DNA of 64,000 nucleotides from NCBI GenBank assembly GCA_965263035.1, contig OZ253580.1, positions 5,568,001 to 5,632,000 of the forward strand, given 5' to 3'. This document shows positions 48,186 to 58,533 of this stretch, one piece after another. The number at the start of each line of letters is the position of its first letter. The stretch's first letter is position 1. The DNA is from Acidobacteriota bacterium. GTDB lineage: Bacteria > Acidobacteriota > UBA6911 > RPQK01 > JAJDTT01. A program made the translations under genes and the position numbers. The notes under the pieces are model-generated. The model was not told the origin of the DNA. It saw nothing but the letters and a program-made list of their open reading frames with translations, and made no database searches.

Positions 48186-50987
48186 ATGAGAAGACCGTTC
48201 GGTTTCCTGCTACCGGTTGCATTTCTGGCAGCAGGACTGACTGGGGCAGGAGCGGAGAAGGCGTGGGTGACCCACAGCACCTTCCAGGATTTTTCGAGGG
48301 GGCGTCTGGGCGATAGCGGGGTCAACCTCTACGCGACCCGCTCCGGGACGCTCGAGATGATCCGCCGCTGGGACCTGAACAACGATGGTTACCTGGACAT
48401 CCTGTTGGGACAGGACCACGACGTCCTGGAAAATGCCCATATCCTGGTCTACTGGGGTCGAGCCGGGGGACCCGAGTCCATCCTGCCGGATCTTCCGGAC
48501 CACCAACCCCTGGCCCGCCTGCTGCGGCAGATCCGCCTCCGGGATAGGGGGGTGACGAGGCTTCCCAGCGACGGGGGCGGCCGCTCTCTGGTGGTGGACC
48601 TGAACCAGGATCACTATCCCGAGATCGTCTTCTGCAACTTCATCCACAACTACTCGGAGAACATGTCGGCCGTCATCTACTGGGGTGGCGCCGACGGTTA
48701 CCAGGCCGAGCATCGGACCGAGCTGCCCACCCTGCTGGCGGGGGGATTGGCGGCGGGGGACTTCAACGGCGACGGGTTCATTGACCTGGCCTTCTCGAAT
48801 CGGGGCATCGAAGGCGGCGAGCGTTTCGGTTTCGACCGGCACCTGGAGTCGTACGTCTACTGGAACGGTCCTCGGGGATTCGATACCTCCCGCCGCAGCG
48901 TCGTGGAGACCGTCAGTGCGGCCGACTGCGCGGCGGGAGACGTGGACGGAGACGGCTACGCGGATCTGGTGTACGTCAACAACAATTCCCGGCACCAGAG
49001 TGTCTATCTGTACCGGGGAGGTCCCGGCGGACTCAGTGCCGAGCGCGACGAGTGGAAGGGGGGCGACCCCGTTGGAGCCCATCTGGCGGACGTGGACCAG
49101 GACGGCCATCCGGATCTGGTCCTGAACCACGCGGACGACCGGGTGGTGCTTCATCGCGGATCCGGGCGGGGGCCGACCCGGGAGGCATGGATCGAACTGC
49201 CCACCGAGGGAGCCAAGCAGAGCCGGACGGGTGACCTGAACCGGGACGGGTTCCCCGAGCTGGTGCTGCCCAACAGTCGCGGTTCCGCTTCCTATGTCTA
49301 TTGGAACGGCCGGGAGGGGTTCTCGCCGGAGCGACGGAGCGAGTTGCCCACGCTGGCGGCCACGGATGCGGTACTGGCCGACTACGACGGGGACGGTTGG
49401 GTGGATCTGGTTTTCGCCAACGAGTACGGCGGGGAGACCTACGACGTCAACTCCTATCTCTACTGGAACGGGCCTCAGGGGTTCGATGCGGCGCACCGGA
49501 AGCAACTCCAGGGCTTCGGTCCCGTGAGCGCCGGTGGAGGCGATCTGAATCGGGACGGACACGCCGATCTGGTGCTGATCAACCGCTCCAGCGGCACCCA
49601 CGGGTCCATCGATTCCCTCATCTACTGGGGGAATCCGCGGCACTACTACTCGACGGCCTCCGTGACCGAGATTCCGGGAACGGGCGGCCTCATGACCAAA
49701 GCCGACCTGAACCAGGACGGCTGGGTGGATCTGGTCTTTCCCGCCGGGCGGGTCTACTGGGGAGATCCGGCCGGCTACAGCACCGACCGTCGGGAGGAAC
49801 TGGAGACAGGCGGCTATTCGGTCACCACGGCGGATCTGAATCGGGACGGACACCTGGATCTGGTGGTGGCCGTCGGCTCGGCGGACGCGACCACGCCCGA
49901 TCCGACGGGTCTCATTCGTTGGGGCGGGGAGGGAGGTTTCCGGTCCGGCCGTGAAACCCGTTTGCCACTCCGTTGCCGGCGCCCCATGGCGAGCTCACTG
50001 GCCGATTTCAACCGGGACGGATTCCTGGATCTGATCTTCACCGACGTGGACTCCCCGAACACGGAGATCTTCTGGGGAGATGAATCCGGGACCTACGATC
50101 CGGAGCGGCGCCTCCATCTGAAGGTCCACTCGGCCTCCACCGCCGAGATCGCCGACCTGAATGCCGACGGCTGGCTCGACCTGATCCTGGGAGCCGTCTA
50201 CGACCCGGAGCGGTTCGGCCGGCCCATGCGCAAGGCCACGCTGCTGTGGGGAAGCCGGGACGGATTCTCGGAAAAAAGGTCGCTGGAGTTGGAGGCCTTT
50301 GAATCGGAAGAGCAATCGGTGGCTGACCTGAATCGGGACGGCTATCTGGACATCGTGATGACCAACTACCATGGGTACACGACCCGCTCTCTGCCCGTCC
50401 TCATCTACTGGGGCGGTCCGGACGGGAGCTACAGCGAGTCCCGCCGGTCCACTCTTCCCGGCGAGTCCACCCTGGCGCTCACCGTGGCCGATCTGAACCA
50501 GGATCGCTGGATGGATCTGATCGTGGTCAACCACGTGGAGCGGGGAGACCATGCCGTGGGCACCAACATCTTCTGGGGCGGGGAGGAGGGGTATTCCTAC
50601 TCCCGCCGCGACTGGATCCAGAGTTTCGGTCCCCACTTCAGCATCAGCCACGACGTGGGCAACATCTACCACCGGCGCCTGGAGGAGGAGTACACGTCGG
50701 AGCCGTTGGAGATCGCCGATGGAGTGCGCCCCGGCCGTCTGGAGTGGGAAGCCCGAACTCCCCATGGAACCGCGGTCCGCTTCCAGATCCGGAGCGCCGT
50801 CTCGACCGCGAAGCTGGAGCAGGCCGGCTGGACGGGTCCCGGGGGCCGGGAAGGGTACTTTGACGACCCGGGGTCAGAGATTCGGGTCGGTGAAGGGGAC
50901 CGATGGCTCCAGTACCGGGTCCTTCTGACGTCGCCCGACGGGGGGAGCACTCCGGTTCTGGAAGAGGTCCGGTTCCTGGCCGAGTAG
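48186..50987 (+). CDS. Secreted FG-GAP/VCBS-repeat protein (~933 aa)
   Basis: GAAGGAGG SD, signal peptide MRRPFGFLLPVAFLAAG, many ADLN.DG..DL plus YWG repeats. Confidence 0.9.
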   Translation: MRRPFGFLLPVAFLAAGLTGAGAEKAWVTHSTFQDFSRGRLGDSGVNLYATRSGTLEMIRRWDLNNDGYLDILLGQDHDVLENAHILVYWGRAGGPESILPDLPDHQPLARLLRQIRLRDRGVTRLPSDGGGRSLVVDLNQDHYPEIVFCNFIHNYSENMSAVIYWGGADGYQAEHRTELPTLLAGGLAAGDFNGDGFIDLAFSNRGIEGGERFGFDRHLESYVYWNGPRGFDTSRRSVVETVSAADCAAGDVDGDGYADLVYVNNNSRHQSVYLYRGGPGGLSAERDEWKGGDPVGAHLADVDQDGHPDLVLNHADDRVVLHRGSGRGPTREAWIELPTEGAKQSRTGDLNRDGFPELVLPNSRGSASYVYWNGREGFSPERRSELPTLAATDAVLADYDGDGWVDLVFANEYGGETYDVNSYLYWNGPQGFDAAHRKQLQGFGPVSAGGGDLNRDGHADLVLINRSSGTHGSIDSLIYWGNPRHYYSTASVTEIPGTGGLMTKADLNQDGWVDLVFPAGRVYWGDPAGYSTDRREELETGGYSVTTADLNRDGHLDLVVAVGSADATTPDPTGLIRWGGEGGFRSGRETRLPLRCRRPMASSLADFNRDGFLDLIFTDVDSPNTEIFWGDESGTYDPERRLHLKVHSASTAEIADLNADGWLDLILGAVYDPERFGRPMRKATLLWGSRDGFSEKRSLELEAFESEEQSVADLNRDGYLDIVMTNYHGYTTRSLPVLIYWGGPDGSYSESRRSTLPGESTLALTVADLNQDRWMDLIVVNHVERGDHAVGTNIFWGGEEGYSYSRRDWIQSFGPHFSISHDVGNIYHRRLEEEYTSEPLEIADGVRPGRLEWEARTPHGTAVRFQIRSAVSTAKLEQAGWTGPGGREGYFDDPGSEIRVGEGDRWLQYRVLLTSPDGGSTPVLEEVRFLAE

Positions 50988-51030
50988 CGGCTCAGGCTGA
51001 GATCGGAAACTGTCCCGTTTTGACCGGCGA

Positions 51031-51426
51031 TCAGCGGGGACTCGACGGCTTGGTGCCGGATCCCTCCCGCTTGGCTGCCTTCATCCCGGATACTTTGACG
51101 TCGGCCTCGGAGAACTCGCCGGTCACCTCGACCCGGAAGTTCTCCCTGACCTTGGCGTTCTCCAGCAGCTTCACGGCCTCCTCGTCTCCCGCCGGGTCGA
51201 ACTTGAGGAACCGGCCCTCCAGGACCAGACCGAAGCCGCTGGCCTTGCAACTCTCCATCAGGGCGCAGGCGACCGTATGCTTGGCCGCCTTCTCTACATT
51301 GGCTGCCACGCGGGCGCCGCAGGCCGCGTCCATGAGCACTCCGGTCCTGGTGTCCGGACCGGCGAGGACCAGCATCGAGCCGGTCAGCAAAACGCAGGAA
51401 AAACAGATCAGGTGAACTCGCTTCAT
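51031..51426 (-). CDS. Small secreted Cys-containing protein (possible OB-fold)
   Basis: Signal peptide; GVLMDAAC...HTVACALMESC..SGFG...V.VTG. Confidence 0.7.
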   Translation of the reverse strand: MKRVHLICFSCVLLTGSMLVLAGPDTRTGVLMDAACGARVAANVEKAAKHTVACALMESCKASGFGLVLEGRFLKFDPAGDEEAVKLLENAKVRENFRVEVTGEFSEADVKVSGMKAAKREGSGTKPSSPR

Positions 51427-51761
51427 CTTGGATCCCTCATGACTTCGTTCGGTGTTGCTGCCTGTTCGGATATTGAACCATAGCCGCAACGGCTCTGCAC
51501 CATGGTTGAGGAATGAGAAAAGAGGAAATAGGAAAGCTCCCTCACCGGCTGGGCTCCGGAGGATTCATGGAAGAAACAAGCCTTCGAACCAATCTGGCTC
51601 CAGAATCCTTAACCAGATCGTTTTCGGTAGAGGTGCCCGCTACGCGTAAACTACGCGTCCTTCTTCACTCTTTCCTCTTTCCTCATCCCCGGTTGCCCGC
51701 CCGAGCGTGCCGCTTCATGATAAGGACCGATTTTCGAGGTGAGCCGGTCGGGGAAACGCCT

Positions 51762-53291
51762 ATGTTGAGAATGAGCACTTTGTGGGTCGCGGGATGGATC
51801 TTCCTATCCTTATGGACAGGAAACGGAATCGCCCAGCGTCCGGGTGACCTGGTGCTCACTCCGGGAGTCCGCCAGCTCTTCCTGGACGACTACGTCTTGG
51901 GGTCTCTCTACCGGGTCCGGCGCAGAATTCACCAGCCTCACCGGTACGAAGGAAGTCCGGTGGTCCGGGCGGACCGGCCCTGGGAGATTCAACCGGGCCG
52001 TTACGCCGCTCCTGGAGAGACGCCGGCGGAGAGCCGGGTGATCCAGATCAGCAGCGCCCCGGCCTGGGACCCCGGCGAGAAGGTCTGGAAGATGTGGTAC
52101 TCCGGAGGTCCGGGAAAAACTGCGTTCGCACGCTCTCGGGAGGGAATCGTCTGGGAAAAACCGGCGTTGGGGGTGAAGGAGTTCCGGGGCTCCCGGGAGA
52201 ACAATCTGGTGGCGGTCCGGGGAGAGCCGGACGCCCTCGTCCAGCATGTCATCCTGGATCCGCAAGGGACCGGCGAGCGCCGCTACAAGGGGGTCCTGGG
52301 ACCGCGGGACCGCCGGCCGGTCGTCTCCGCCGACGGCTACGAGTTCACGATACTGGACGTTCCTCCCATACCGAGCCAGGACACCTCTCAACTGACCTAC
52401 GACGAGTTGGGCCGGCAGTATATTCTGACCGTCAAGCACCGGGGGCCCTTCGGCCGGTCGGTCTACCTTTCACTGAGCCGGGATTTCGAAAATTGGACCG
52501 ATCCCCAGCTTATTTTTCATGCCGCCGCTCTGGATCAGAAGTTGGGCGAACAGCGCATACGGGAGCACCTGGTCGATCCTCGACTCTACACGCCCCAATT
52601 CAATCAGCCGGAGAACTACAACACCGAGATCTACAAGATGCCCATCTTCCCCTACGAGGGCGTCTACATCGGTCTGCCCAACTACTTCGAGTCCAGTGGG
52701 ATCACTCCTCCCCACCACAACAACCAGGACGGCGTCAATTCGGCGAAGCTGGCCACCAGCCGCGACCTGCTCAACTGGGTGAAGGTGGGCTCTCGCGAGT
52801 CGTTTCTGCCCGTCTCCCGGCTGGGTGAGGGAAGGATCGACACGGCCCAGGTCCTGCCGGCGTCGCGGCCCATCGTCAAGGGCGACGAGCTCTGGTTCTA
52901 TTACAGCGGTCTGGATGTCCGCTACCCGGCACGGGGCGCCTATCAAGGCGGTATCCATCTGGCACGCCTTCGCCGGGACGGTTTCGTCTCGTTCTGGGCC
53001 GACGAAAAGGGAGGGTTCGTCGAGACCGGAACCCTGCGCTTCGGCGGGACCCAGCTCTGGGTCAATGCGGACGCCTCCCGGGGCGAAATTCGGGTGGAGG
53101 TCAGGAACCCGGGGGGGCGTAAGGTTCTGGACGGTTGGACCCGCCGTGATTCCAGACCCCTGACCACCGATCAGCTGAAAGTGCGGATGCAGTGGGAGGG
53201 AAAAGACAGTCTGGAGTCCCTCAGCGGCCAGAGGGTCCGCTTCCGCTTCCATCTCAAGGACGCCCATCTCTATTCTTTCTGGTTCGAGTGA
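51762..53291 (+). CDS. Secreted beta-propeller glycoside-hydrolase-like protein
   Basis: Signal peptide, RQLFLDD, KMWY, S..G..WEKP, SRD..NW Asp-box-like motifs, ELWFYYSG, LRRDGFVS. Confidence 0.75.
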   Translation: MLRMSTLWVAGWIFLSLWTGNGIAQRPGDLVLTPGVRQLFLDDYVLGSLYRVRRRIHQPHRYEGSPVVRADRPWEIQPGRYAAPGETPAESRVIQISSAPAWDPGEKVWKMWYSGGPGKTAFARSREGIVWEKPALGVKEFRGSRENNLVAVRGEPDALVQHVILDPQGTGERRYKGVLGPRDRRPVVSADGYEFTILDVPPIPSQDTSQLTYDELGRQYILTVKHRGPFGRSVYLSLSRDFENWTDPQLIFHAAALDQKLGEQRIREHLVDPRLYTPQFNQPENYNTEIYKMPIFPYEGVYIGLPNYFESSGITPPHHNNQDGVNSAKLATSRDLLNWVKVGSRESFLPVSRLGEGRIDTAQVLPASRPIVKGDELWFYYSGLDVRYPARGAYQGGIHLARLRRDGFVSFWADEKGGFVETGTLRFGGTQLWVNADASRGEIRVEVRNPGGRKVLDGWTRRDSRPLTTDQLKVRMQWEGKDSLESLSGQRVRFRFHLKDAHLYSFWFE

Positions 53292-53306
53292 GGGAGGTCC
53301 CGAGGG

Positions 53307-54575
53307 ATGACTCCTGAGGATCGCGCCGTCAACGCGGTGGATGCGCTGGGCGAAGAATATCTGCAATTTCTGGCGGACCTGGTCCGTTGCCCCACGCTGC
53401 TGGGTCAGGAGGCGGAGTGCCAGGAGTTGATCTACCGGCGCCTCGTGGACCTCGGTCTGGAGACCCGGAAGTGGGATCCCGACCCCGCATCGATGGAGTC
53501 GGACCCCGATTTCGTGCCCGTAAGCCGGGAGTATGTTGGGCGGCCCAATGTGGCCGGTGTTCTGGTACCCGCCGCCGCCGGCGGGCGGAGCCTGGTGCTG
53601 AACGGGCACGTGGACGTGGTGCCTCTCGGACCCCTGCACTGGTGGAGCTTCGATCCCTGGGGAGCGGAGGTTCGGCAAGGCCGGATGTACGGGCGCGGCG
53701 CCCTGGACATGAAGAGCGGGCTGGTGGCGGCCCTGCTGGCGGTGGCGGCGGTCCGCGAGTCGGGCGCCCGGCTGCGGGGGCCGGTCCGGGTGGAGAGCGT
53801 CATCGAGGAGGAGTGCACGGGAAACGGAATGTTGGCGAGTCGCCTGGATTCAGGAAGAGTGGACGGCGCCGTCCTGACCGAGCCCACCGGGCTCCAGGTC
53901 TGGACCGCCACACTGGGCGTGCTCTGGTTCGAGGTCTGCGTCCGGGGCCGGCCGGCCTACGTGGGAGAACCGGGACGCCAGGTGAACGCGATAGAGAAGG
54001 CGGCGTCTCTCATTCACCGCCTCAAGCCGGCGGTCGTCGAGGCTCTGAATCGGGACTTCCGGCATCCCGCGTACGTTCACCGGCCTCGACCCCTGAGCCT
54101 CAACGTCGGGCGGATCGAGGGAGGCGATTGGCCTTCCAACGTGGCGCTCGAGTGCCGGTTCGGTTGCCGCATGTCGTTTCCCATCGACTGGTCTCCGGAA
54201 CGAGCCCGGAACTTTGCCGAGGAGCAGGTTCGCCGGGCGGCGGCGGACGATTCCTGGCTGGTCCGGAATCCGCCCCGGATCCGCTGTAACGGTTTTCGGG
54301 CCCGAGGTTGGGTCGCGCCCCAGGTGACTGGCCCTTCCAGTCTGGTCGACCTGTTGGAAGAGTGTCACCGTGGCGTCACCGGCCAGGAACTGGAGCGGGA
54401 TGCCTTTCCCGGCACCGCCGACGCCCGTTACTTCAAGGCCGAGCTGGGAGAGCAATCCATCTACTATGGCCCGAGCGGCGGAAATCTCCATGCGCCGGAC
54501 GAGTACGTGGAACTGGAGTCGGTCCTGGAGGCCGCCCGCGTGCTCTCCCGGCTGGTGATCAGGTGGTGTAGTTGA
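53307..54575 (+). CDS. ArgE/DapE-family (M20) deacylase
   Basis: LNGHVDVVP, GRGALDMKSG, IEEE, TEPT, HAPDEYV. Confidence 0.92.
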   Translation: MTPEDRAVNAVDALGEEYLQFLADLVRCPTLLGQEAECQELIYRRLVDLGLETRKWDPDPASMESDPDFVPVSREYVGRPNVAGVLVPAAAGGRSLVLNGHVDVVPLGPLHWWSFDPWGAEVRQGRMYGRGALDMKSGLVAALLAVAAVRESGARLRGPVRVESVIEEECTGNGMLASRLDSGRVDGAVLTEPTGLQVWTATLGVLWFEVCVRGRPAYVGEPGRQVNAIEKAASLIHRLKPAVVEALNRDFRHPAYVHRPRPLSLNVGRIEGGDWPSNVALECRFGCRMSFPIDWSPERARNFAEEQVRRAAADDSWLVRNPPRIRCNGFRARGWVAPQVTGPSSLVDLLEECHRGVTGQELERDAFPGTADARYFKAELGEQSIYYGPSGGNLHAPDEYVELESVLEAARVLSRLVIRWCS

Positions 54576-54594
54576 AAAAAGGAGACAAGACGGA

Positions 54595-55329
54595 ATGGTA
54601 GTTCTGATCACCGGCGCCAGCCGGGGGATCGGGGTCGGATTGGCGGAAGGATTCGCCGTCCCGGGAGCCCGCTTGGCGCTGACGGCCCGGAGGAGGACGT
54701 CGCTACAGGAGACCTGCCGCAGAGTCGAGGCTCGTGGGGCTCGGCCTCTGCCCTTGGCGTTGGACGTGCGGCGCCGGGAGGACATGCCGGCGGTCGTCGA
54801 TCAGGTGGAAGCCGAGTTGGGCCCCATTCAGGTGCTGGTCAACAATGCCGGCGTCAACATTCCCCGTCCGGCCGAGCAGGTGACCGAGGAGCAATGGGAC
54901 GAGATTCTGGACGCCAACCTCAAGGGGGCCTTTTTTTTGGCGCAGGAGGTGGGACGCCGGATGATCCCCCGGGGACGGGGGACCATCGTCAACGTAGCCT
55001 CGGCGGCCGGGCTGGTGGCCCGTGAGGAAAGAGCGGCCTACGGCTCCAGCAAGGCGGGCATGATCATGTTGACCCGGGTGCTGGCTCTGGAATGGGCCCG
55101 GCACGGCATCACCGTCAACGCCGTCGCACCCACCTTCGTGGAAACCGACCTCGCGGCGCAGACGCTGGATCGTCCCGGCATGCGGGAGAAGATCCTGGGC
55201 CAGATTCCCCTGCGGCGACTGGCGACGGTGGAAGATGTCGCCGCCTCGGTTCTTTTCCTGGCCTCCCCTCAGGCCAGTTTCCTCACCGGTGTGGTTCTCC
55301 CCGTGGACGGTGGCGCCACCCTGCGCTGA
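54595..55329 (+). CDS. SDR oxidoreductase
   Basis: TGASRGIG, NNAG, YGSSK, NAVAP, VDGG. Confidence 0.92.
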   Translation: MVVLITGASRGIGVGLAEGFAVPGARLALTARRRTSLQETCRRVEARGARPLPLALDVRRREDMPAVVDQVEAELGPIQVLVNNAGVNIPRPAEQVTEEQWDEILDANLKGAFFLAQEVGRRMIPRGRGTIVNVASAAGLVAREERAAYGSSKAGMIMLTRVLALEWARHGITVNAVAPTFVETDLAAQTLDRPGMREKILGQIPLRRLATVEDVAASVLFLASPQASFLTGVVLPVDGGATLR

Positions 55330-55365
55330 AGTAAGAGACGCCCCCCCACCGGCTGCGGACCTGCG

Positions 55366-55465
55366 CAATCCTGGCAGAAAAAAAGGGGGGCCGTGGGAGC
55401 GGGGGTTTGTAACCCCCGATTCCGGGTCGGCGATGAAGAGGGGGACAAGAATGTCCCCCCTCCTA
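55366..55465. repeat. Inverted REP pair (REPIN-like) between convergent genes
   Basis: GGAG-CGGGGGTTTGTAACCCCCG on + and GGAG-GGGGGACATTCTTGTCCCCC on -. Confidence 0.7.
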
Positions 55466-55470
55466 GGAGT

Positions 55471-56514
55471 CTAGGTCGACGGCGGCCGGGAGGAGAGGCC
55501 GGAGATGATCGTATCCACGTGCATGGTGAATTCCAGGGCATTGTGGATCAGGCGGCCTCGCGTGGACTCGCCGTCGGTGGGAGGCCAGTAGCCGTCCCGG
55601 TGCTGTTGCCGAACGAACCAGTCACCCATGCGGTAGGTCCAGGCCTCATAACGGGGATCGCCCGTGATGAGGTAGAGCAACGAACTTCCCCAGCCGCTCT
55701 TGCAGACCGGATCATAGCGGAACTGGCCGTCGATGGCGGCCATGGAGAAGTCCTGGTACCGGCGCGCCAACTCCAGGTAGTTCGGATCGGGGTCAGCCAG
55801 AAACAGGCGGCAGAGGAACCCGGCGGCGATTCCTCCCACGGTCCAGCGCTGGAGCCGTGCGACGCGATTCTCGACCACGAACCAGAAGGCTCGATCCGGG
55901 GGGAACTCCCGGTTGGTCGCTTGGCGGGCGCGGGACCAGTCGTAGTAGAAGCGGTCCGGAAGTTCGTCCTGGGCGTCGTAGATCCTTTGCAGGAAGCTCG
56001 CCACCGACCGCGCCGCCTCCAGATTTCCCGTTGCCAGGCACGCGAAGCCGCCCCCGGCGGTGTAGGGGATGCTCTGATCGTCGCTCTTGGAGCCGTTCTC
56101 GCGACGGTCGTTGGCGAAGGCGCCTGAAGCCGGGTCCTGCCAACGCAGGAGTGCCGGCATGAGACCGTGGGAGAGGTCGTATTGGCCCGCCATCTGGGCG
56201 CCCACGATCAGAGCCGAGTCCCGGTAGGCCCAGGCGTCGTTGAGCTTCCGGCAGGGTCCGCCGATGCGGCCGTCCGGTTGGAGCATGTGTTTTCTGATCC
56301 AACCGCACAGGCGGCTTGCCGCCCCGGTTTCCCCCACCAGGGAAAAGGTCCAAGGGCCGCGGTAGAAGAAATATCCCTCGCTCACGTCGCCGATGGACCC
56401 GTCGGGATTCATCTGGTCCAGCAGCCATCGGGTTGCTTGCCCCCGGACCCGCCTGTAGCGCGCCACACGATCTCTCTTTTGTTCTGCCGTCAACTCGCCG
56501 CTGGTGCCCCGCAT
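55471..56514 (-). CDS. Hypothetical alpha/alpha-toroid protein (prenyltransferase/cyclase-like repeats)
   Basis: WLLDQMNPDGS, QPDG, WQDPASG, WFVRQQHRDGYW repeats. Confidence 0.7.
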   Translation of the reverse strand: MRGTSGELTAEQKRDRVARYRRVRGQATRWLLDQMNPDGSIGDVSEGYFFYRGPWTFSLVGETGAASRLCGWIRKHMLQPDGRIGGPCRKLNDAWAYRDSALIVGAQMAGQYDLSHGLMPALLRWQDPASGAFANDRRENGSKSDDQSIPYTAGGGFACLATGNLEAARSVASFLQRIYDAQDELPDRFYYDWSRARQATNREFPPDRAFWFVVENRVARLQRWTVGGIAAGFLCRLFLADPDPNYLELARRYQDFSMAAIDGQFRYDPVCKSGWGSSLLYLITGDPRYEAWTYRMGDWFVRQQHRDGYWPPTDGESTRGRLIHNALEFTMHVDTIISGLSSRPPST

Positions 56515-56687
56515 TTGGTTGGCGATACTACCAGCCGGTCCGATCCGCTGCCGCGTCCGATTTTCTCGCGCCGGGAAACGGGAGAAGGAAGAACCGAGCG
56601 TCATGGCGCGGGAGTAACCTGTCGTGGGGCCAGAAGGGTCTGGCCGGATCTCTGGTGGGGCGCCGGGAAGGGGAATCGGCGAGACTC

Positions 56688-58337
56688 ATGAACGACATGA
56701 CGAAGAGGATTCTGATCGTTGCTCCGGTCGCGTTGATCATCGTCCTTGCCCTGTCGTTTCTGCCCGTCGATCGAGACTACCTGTCGTCCCGGCACGTGGA
56801 GGTGACCTGGCTGGCGCTGCTCCCGCCGCTGGTGGCCATCGTCTCGGTTCTGATCACTCGCTGGCTCGTCCCTTCGCTTGTCTTTGGCATCGCCAGCGCT
56901 GCCGTGATTCATGCCTGGCCTTCGCCGGCCGGCATGGCCGAGTCGCTCGTCGTGAACTACTTCTGGGATTCGGTGCTGGACTCCTTCCATCTCTCGATAC
57001 TGGGTTTCACGGCGTCACTGCTCGGTCTGGTCAGCGTCACCACGGCCAGCGGGGGACTCCACGGAATGATCAACCTGATCCTGCGGCTGGCGCGGGGACG
57101 CCGTGGGGTATCGGTGGCGACCGTGGGCATGGGCTTCGCGATCTTCTTCGACGACTATGCCAACACGGCGATCGTGGGGCCCACGGTCCGGCCGCTGTTC
57201 GATCGACTCAAGCTGTCCCGTGCCAAGCTGGCCTACCTCATCGACTCGACGGCTGCTCCCATCGCCGGTCTCGCACTGATCTCGACCTGGATCGGGACCG
57301 AGGTCTCCTATCTCCAGGGCGCGGCGCGGGACCTGGGATTGGACGCCAGTGGATACGAGCTGTTTCTCTCGGCCATGGGCTACCGGTTCTATTGCGTTTT
57401 CGCCCTCTTCCTGGTGTTGGTGGTGGCGGCCACCGGCCGCGACTTCGGGCCCATGTTGAAGGTGGAGAGACGGGTGCGCCGGTCCGCGGATGACGCTGGT
57501 CCCCAGAGCGCGGCGGAGTCTCCGGCGATCCGGCCGCGCTGGTACAACGCCGTGGTGCCCATCGGCACGGTGCTGCTCTTGATCATGATCCAGATCTACT
57601 ATTGGGGGAGCCGGGATCCCGGGACCGACCTGGCTTCCCTGTCGGGATGGAAGGATGTGTTCATCCGGGCGGCCGCGGCTCAGGATGGCGAGGCCCTCAC
57701 GTTCGCCATGCTCTACTCGGGTGTGACCGGAGCCGCTCTGGCGATCCTGTTGCCGGCCCTGCAGGGCGTAATGACGGTGCGGGAGGGGCTTCTGGCCTGG
57801 ATGGGGGGTGTCCGGCATGTGTCGGGGGCGCTGGTGGTGATCGTCTGCGCCTGGGCCCTTTCGGCCGGATGCCGGGACTTGGAGACGGCGCATTATGCCG
57901 TCGCCGTGCTGCGGCAGGGCGTGAGCGTCGAGTGGGTTCCGCTGGCGGTGTTCGTGACCGCCGGATTGGTGGCCTTCGCCACCGGGACCAGTTATGGGAC
58001 CATGGCCATCATCATTCCCACGGCCGCCCAGTTGGGGTACGAATCGGGCGGCGAGGCGGTGATGATCCTGGCCATGGCGGCCGTCCTGGACGGCGCCATC
58101 TTCGGCGACCACTGCAGTCCCATCTCCGACACCACCGTCCTCTCTTCCATCTGCAGCGGGTGCGAACATCTGGAGCACGTTCGTACCCAGATCCCCTACG
58201 CTCTTCTCGGTGCCGTCGTGGCCGCCCTTGCCGGCTATGCCCTGGTGGGAGCCTGGGGAGCCGACCTCTGGGTCGGGATGGCCGCGGGTACGACGTCCAT
58301 ACTGGTTCTGATTCACGTCGTGGGCCGGCGGGCCTGA
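56688..58337 (+). CDS. NhaC-family Na+/H+ antiporter/transporter
   Basis: IFFDDYAN, LAYLIDSTAAP, FATGTSYGT, GAIFGDHCSPISDTT, HVRTQIPYA. Confidence 0.93.
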   Translation: MNDMTKRILIVAPVALIIVLALSFLPVDRDYLSSRHVEVTWLALLPPLVAIVSVLITRWLVPSLVFGIASAAVIHAWPSPAGMAESLVVNYFWDSVLDSFHLSILGFTASLLGLVSVTTASGGLHGMINLILRLARGRRGVSVATVGMGFAIFFDDYANTAIVGPTVRPLFDRLKLSRAKLAYLIDSTAAPIAGLALISTWIGTEVSYLQGAARDLGLDASGYELFLSAMGYRFYCVFALFLVLVVAATGRDFGPMLKVERRVRRSADDAGPQSAAESPAIRPRWYNAVVPIGTVLLLIMIQIYYWGSRDPGTDLASLSGWKDVFIRAAAAQDGEALTFAMLYSGVTGAALAILLPALQGVMTVREGLLAWMGGVRHVSGALVVIVCAWALSAGCRDLETAHYAVAVLRQGVSVEWVPLAVFVTAGLVAFATGTSYGTMAIIIPTAAQLGYESGGEAVMILAMAAVLDGAIFGDHCSPISDTTVLSSICSGCEHLEHVRTQIPYALLGAVVAALAGYALVGAWGADLWVGMAAGTTSILVLIHVVGRRA

Positions 58338-58461
58338 GAGACTTGGGAGAATTCGCCGCATGCGAGACGAAAGGAAGGACGACCGCAAGGGTCGTCCCTA
58401 CGCCAGTTGTCTCACTGTTCTCAGCGGCGTGAGACGGCGTCCGAGCGTGGCCGTCCGCCCG

Positions 58462-58491
58462 TTGACAGGGCCGGAAAGGCCGCTATATGCT
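58462..58491 (+). promoter_or_regulatory. Putative sigma70 promoter of the FAH gene
   Basis: TTGACA-N18-TATGCT about 40 nt upstream of the ATG. Confidence 0.45.
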
Positions 58492-58533
58492 GGCGCCCTT
58501 CCCGAATAATCATCAGCGTTTTGGAGGGTCTGA

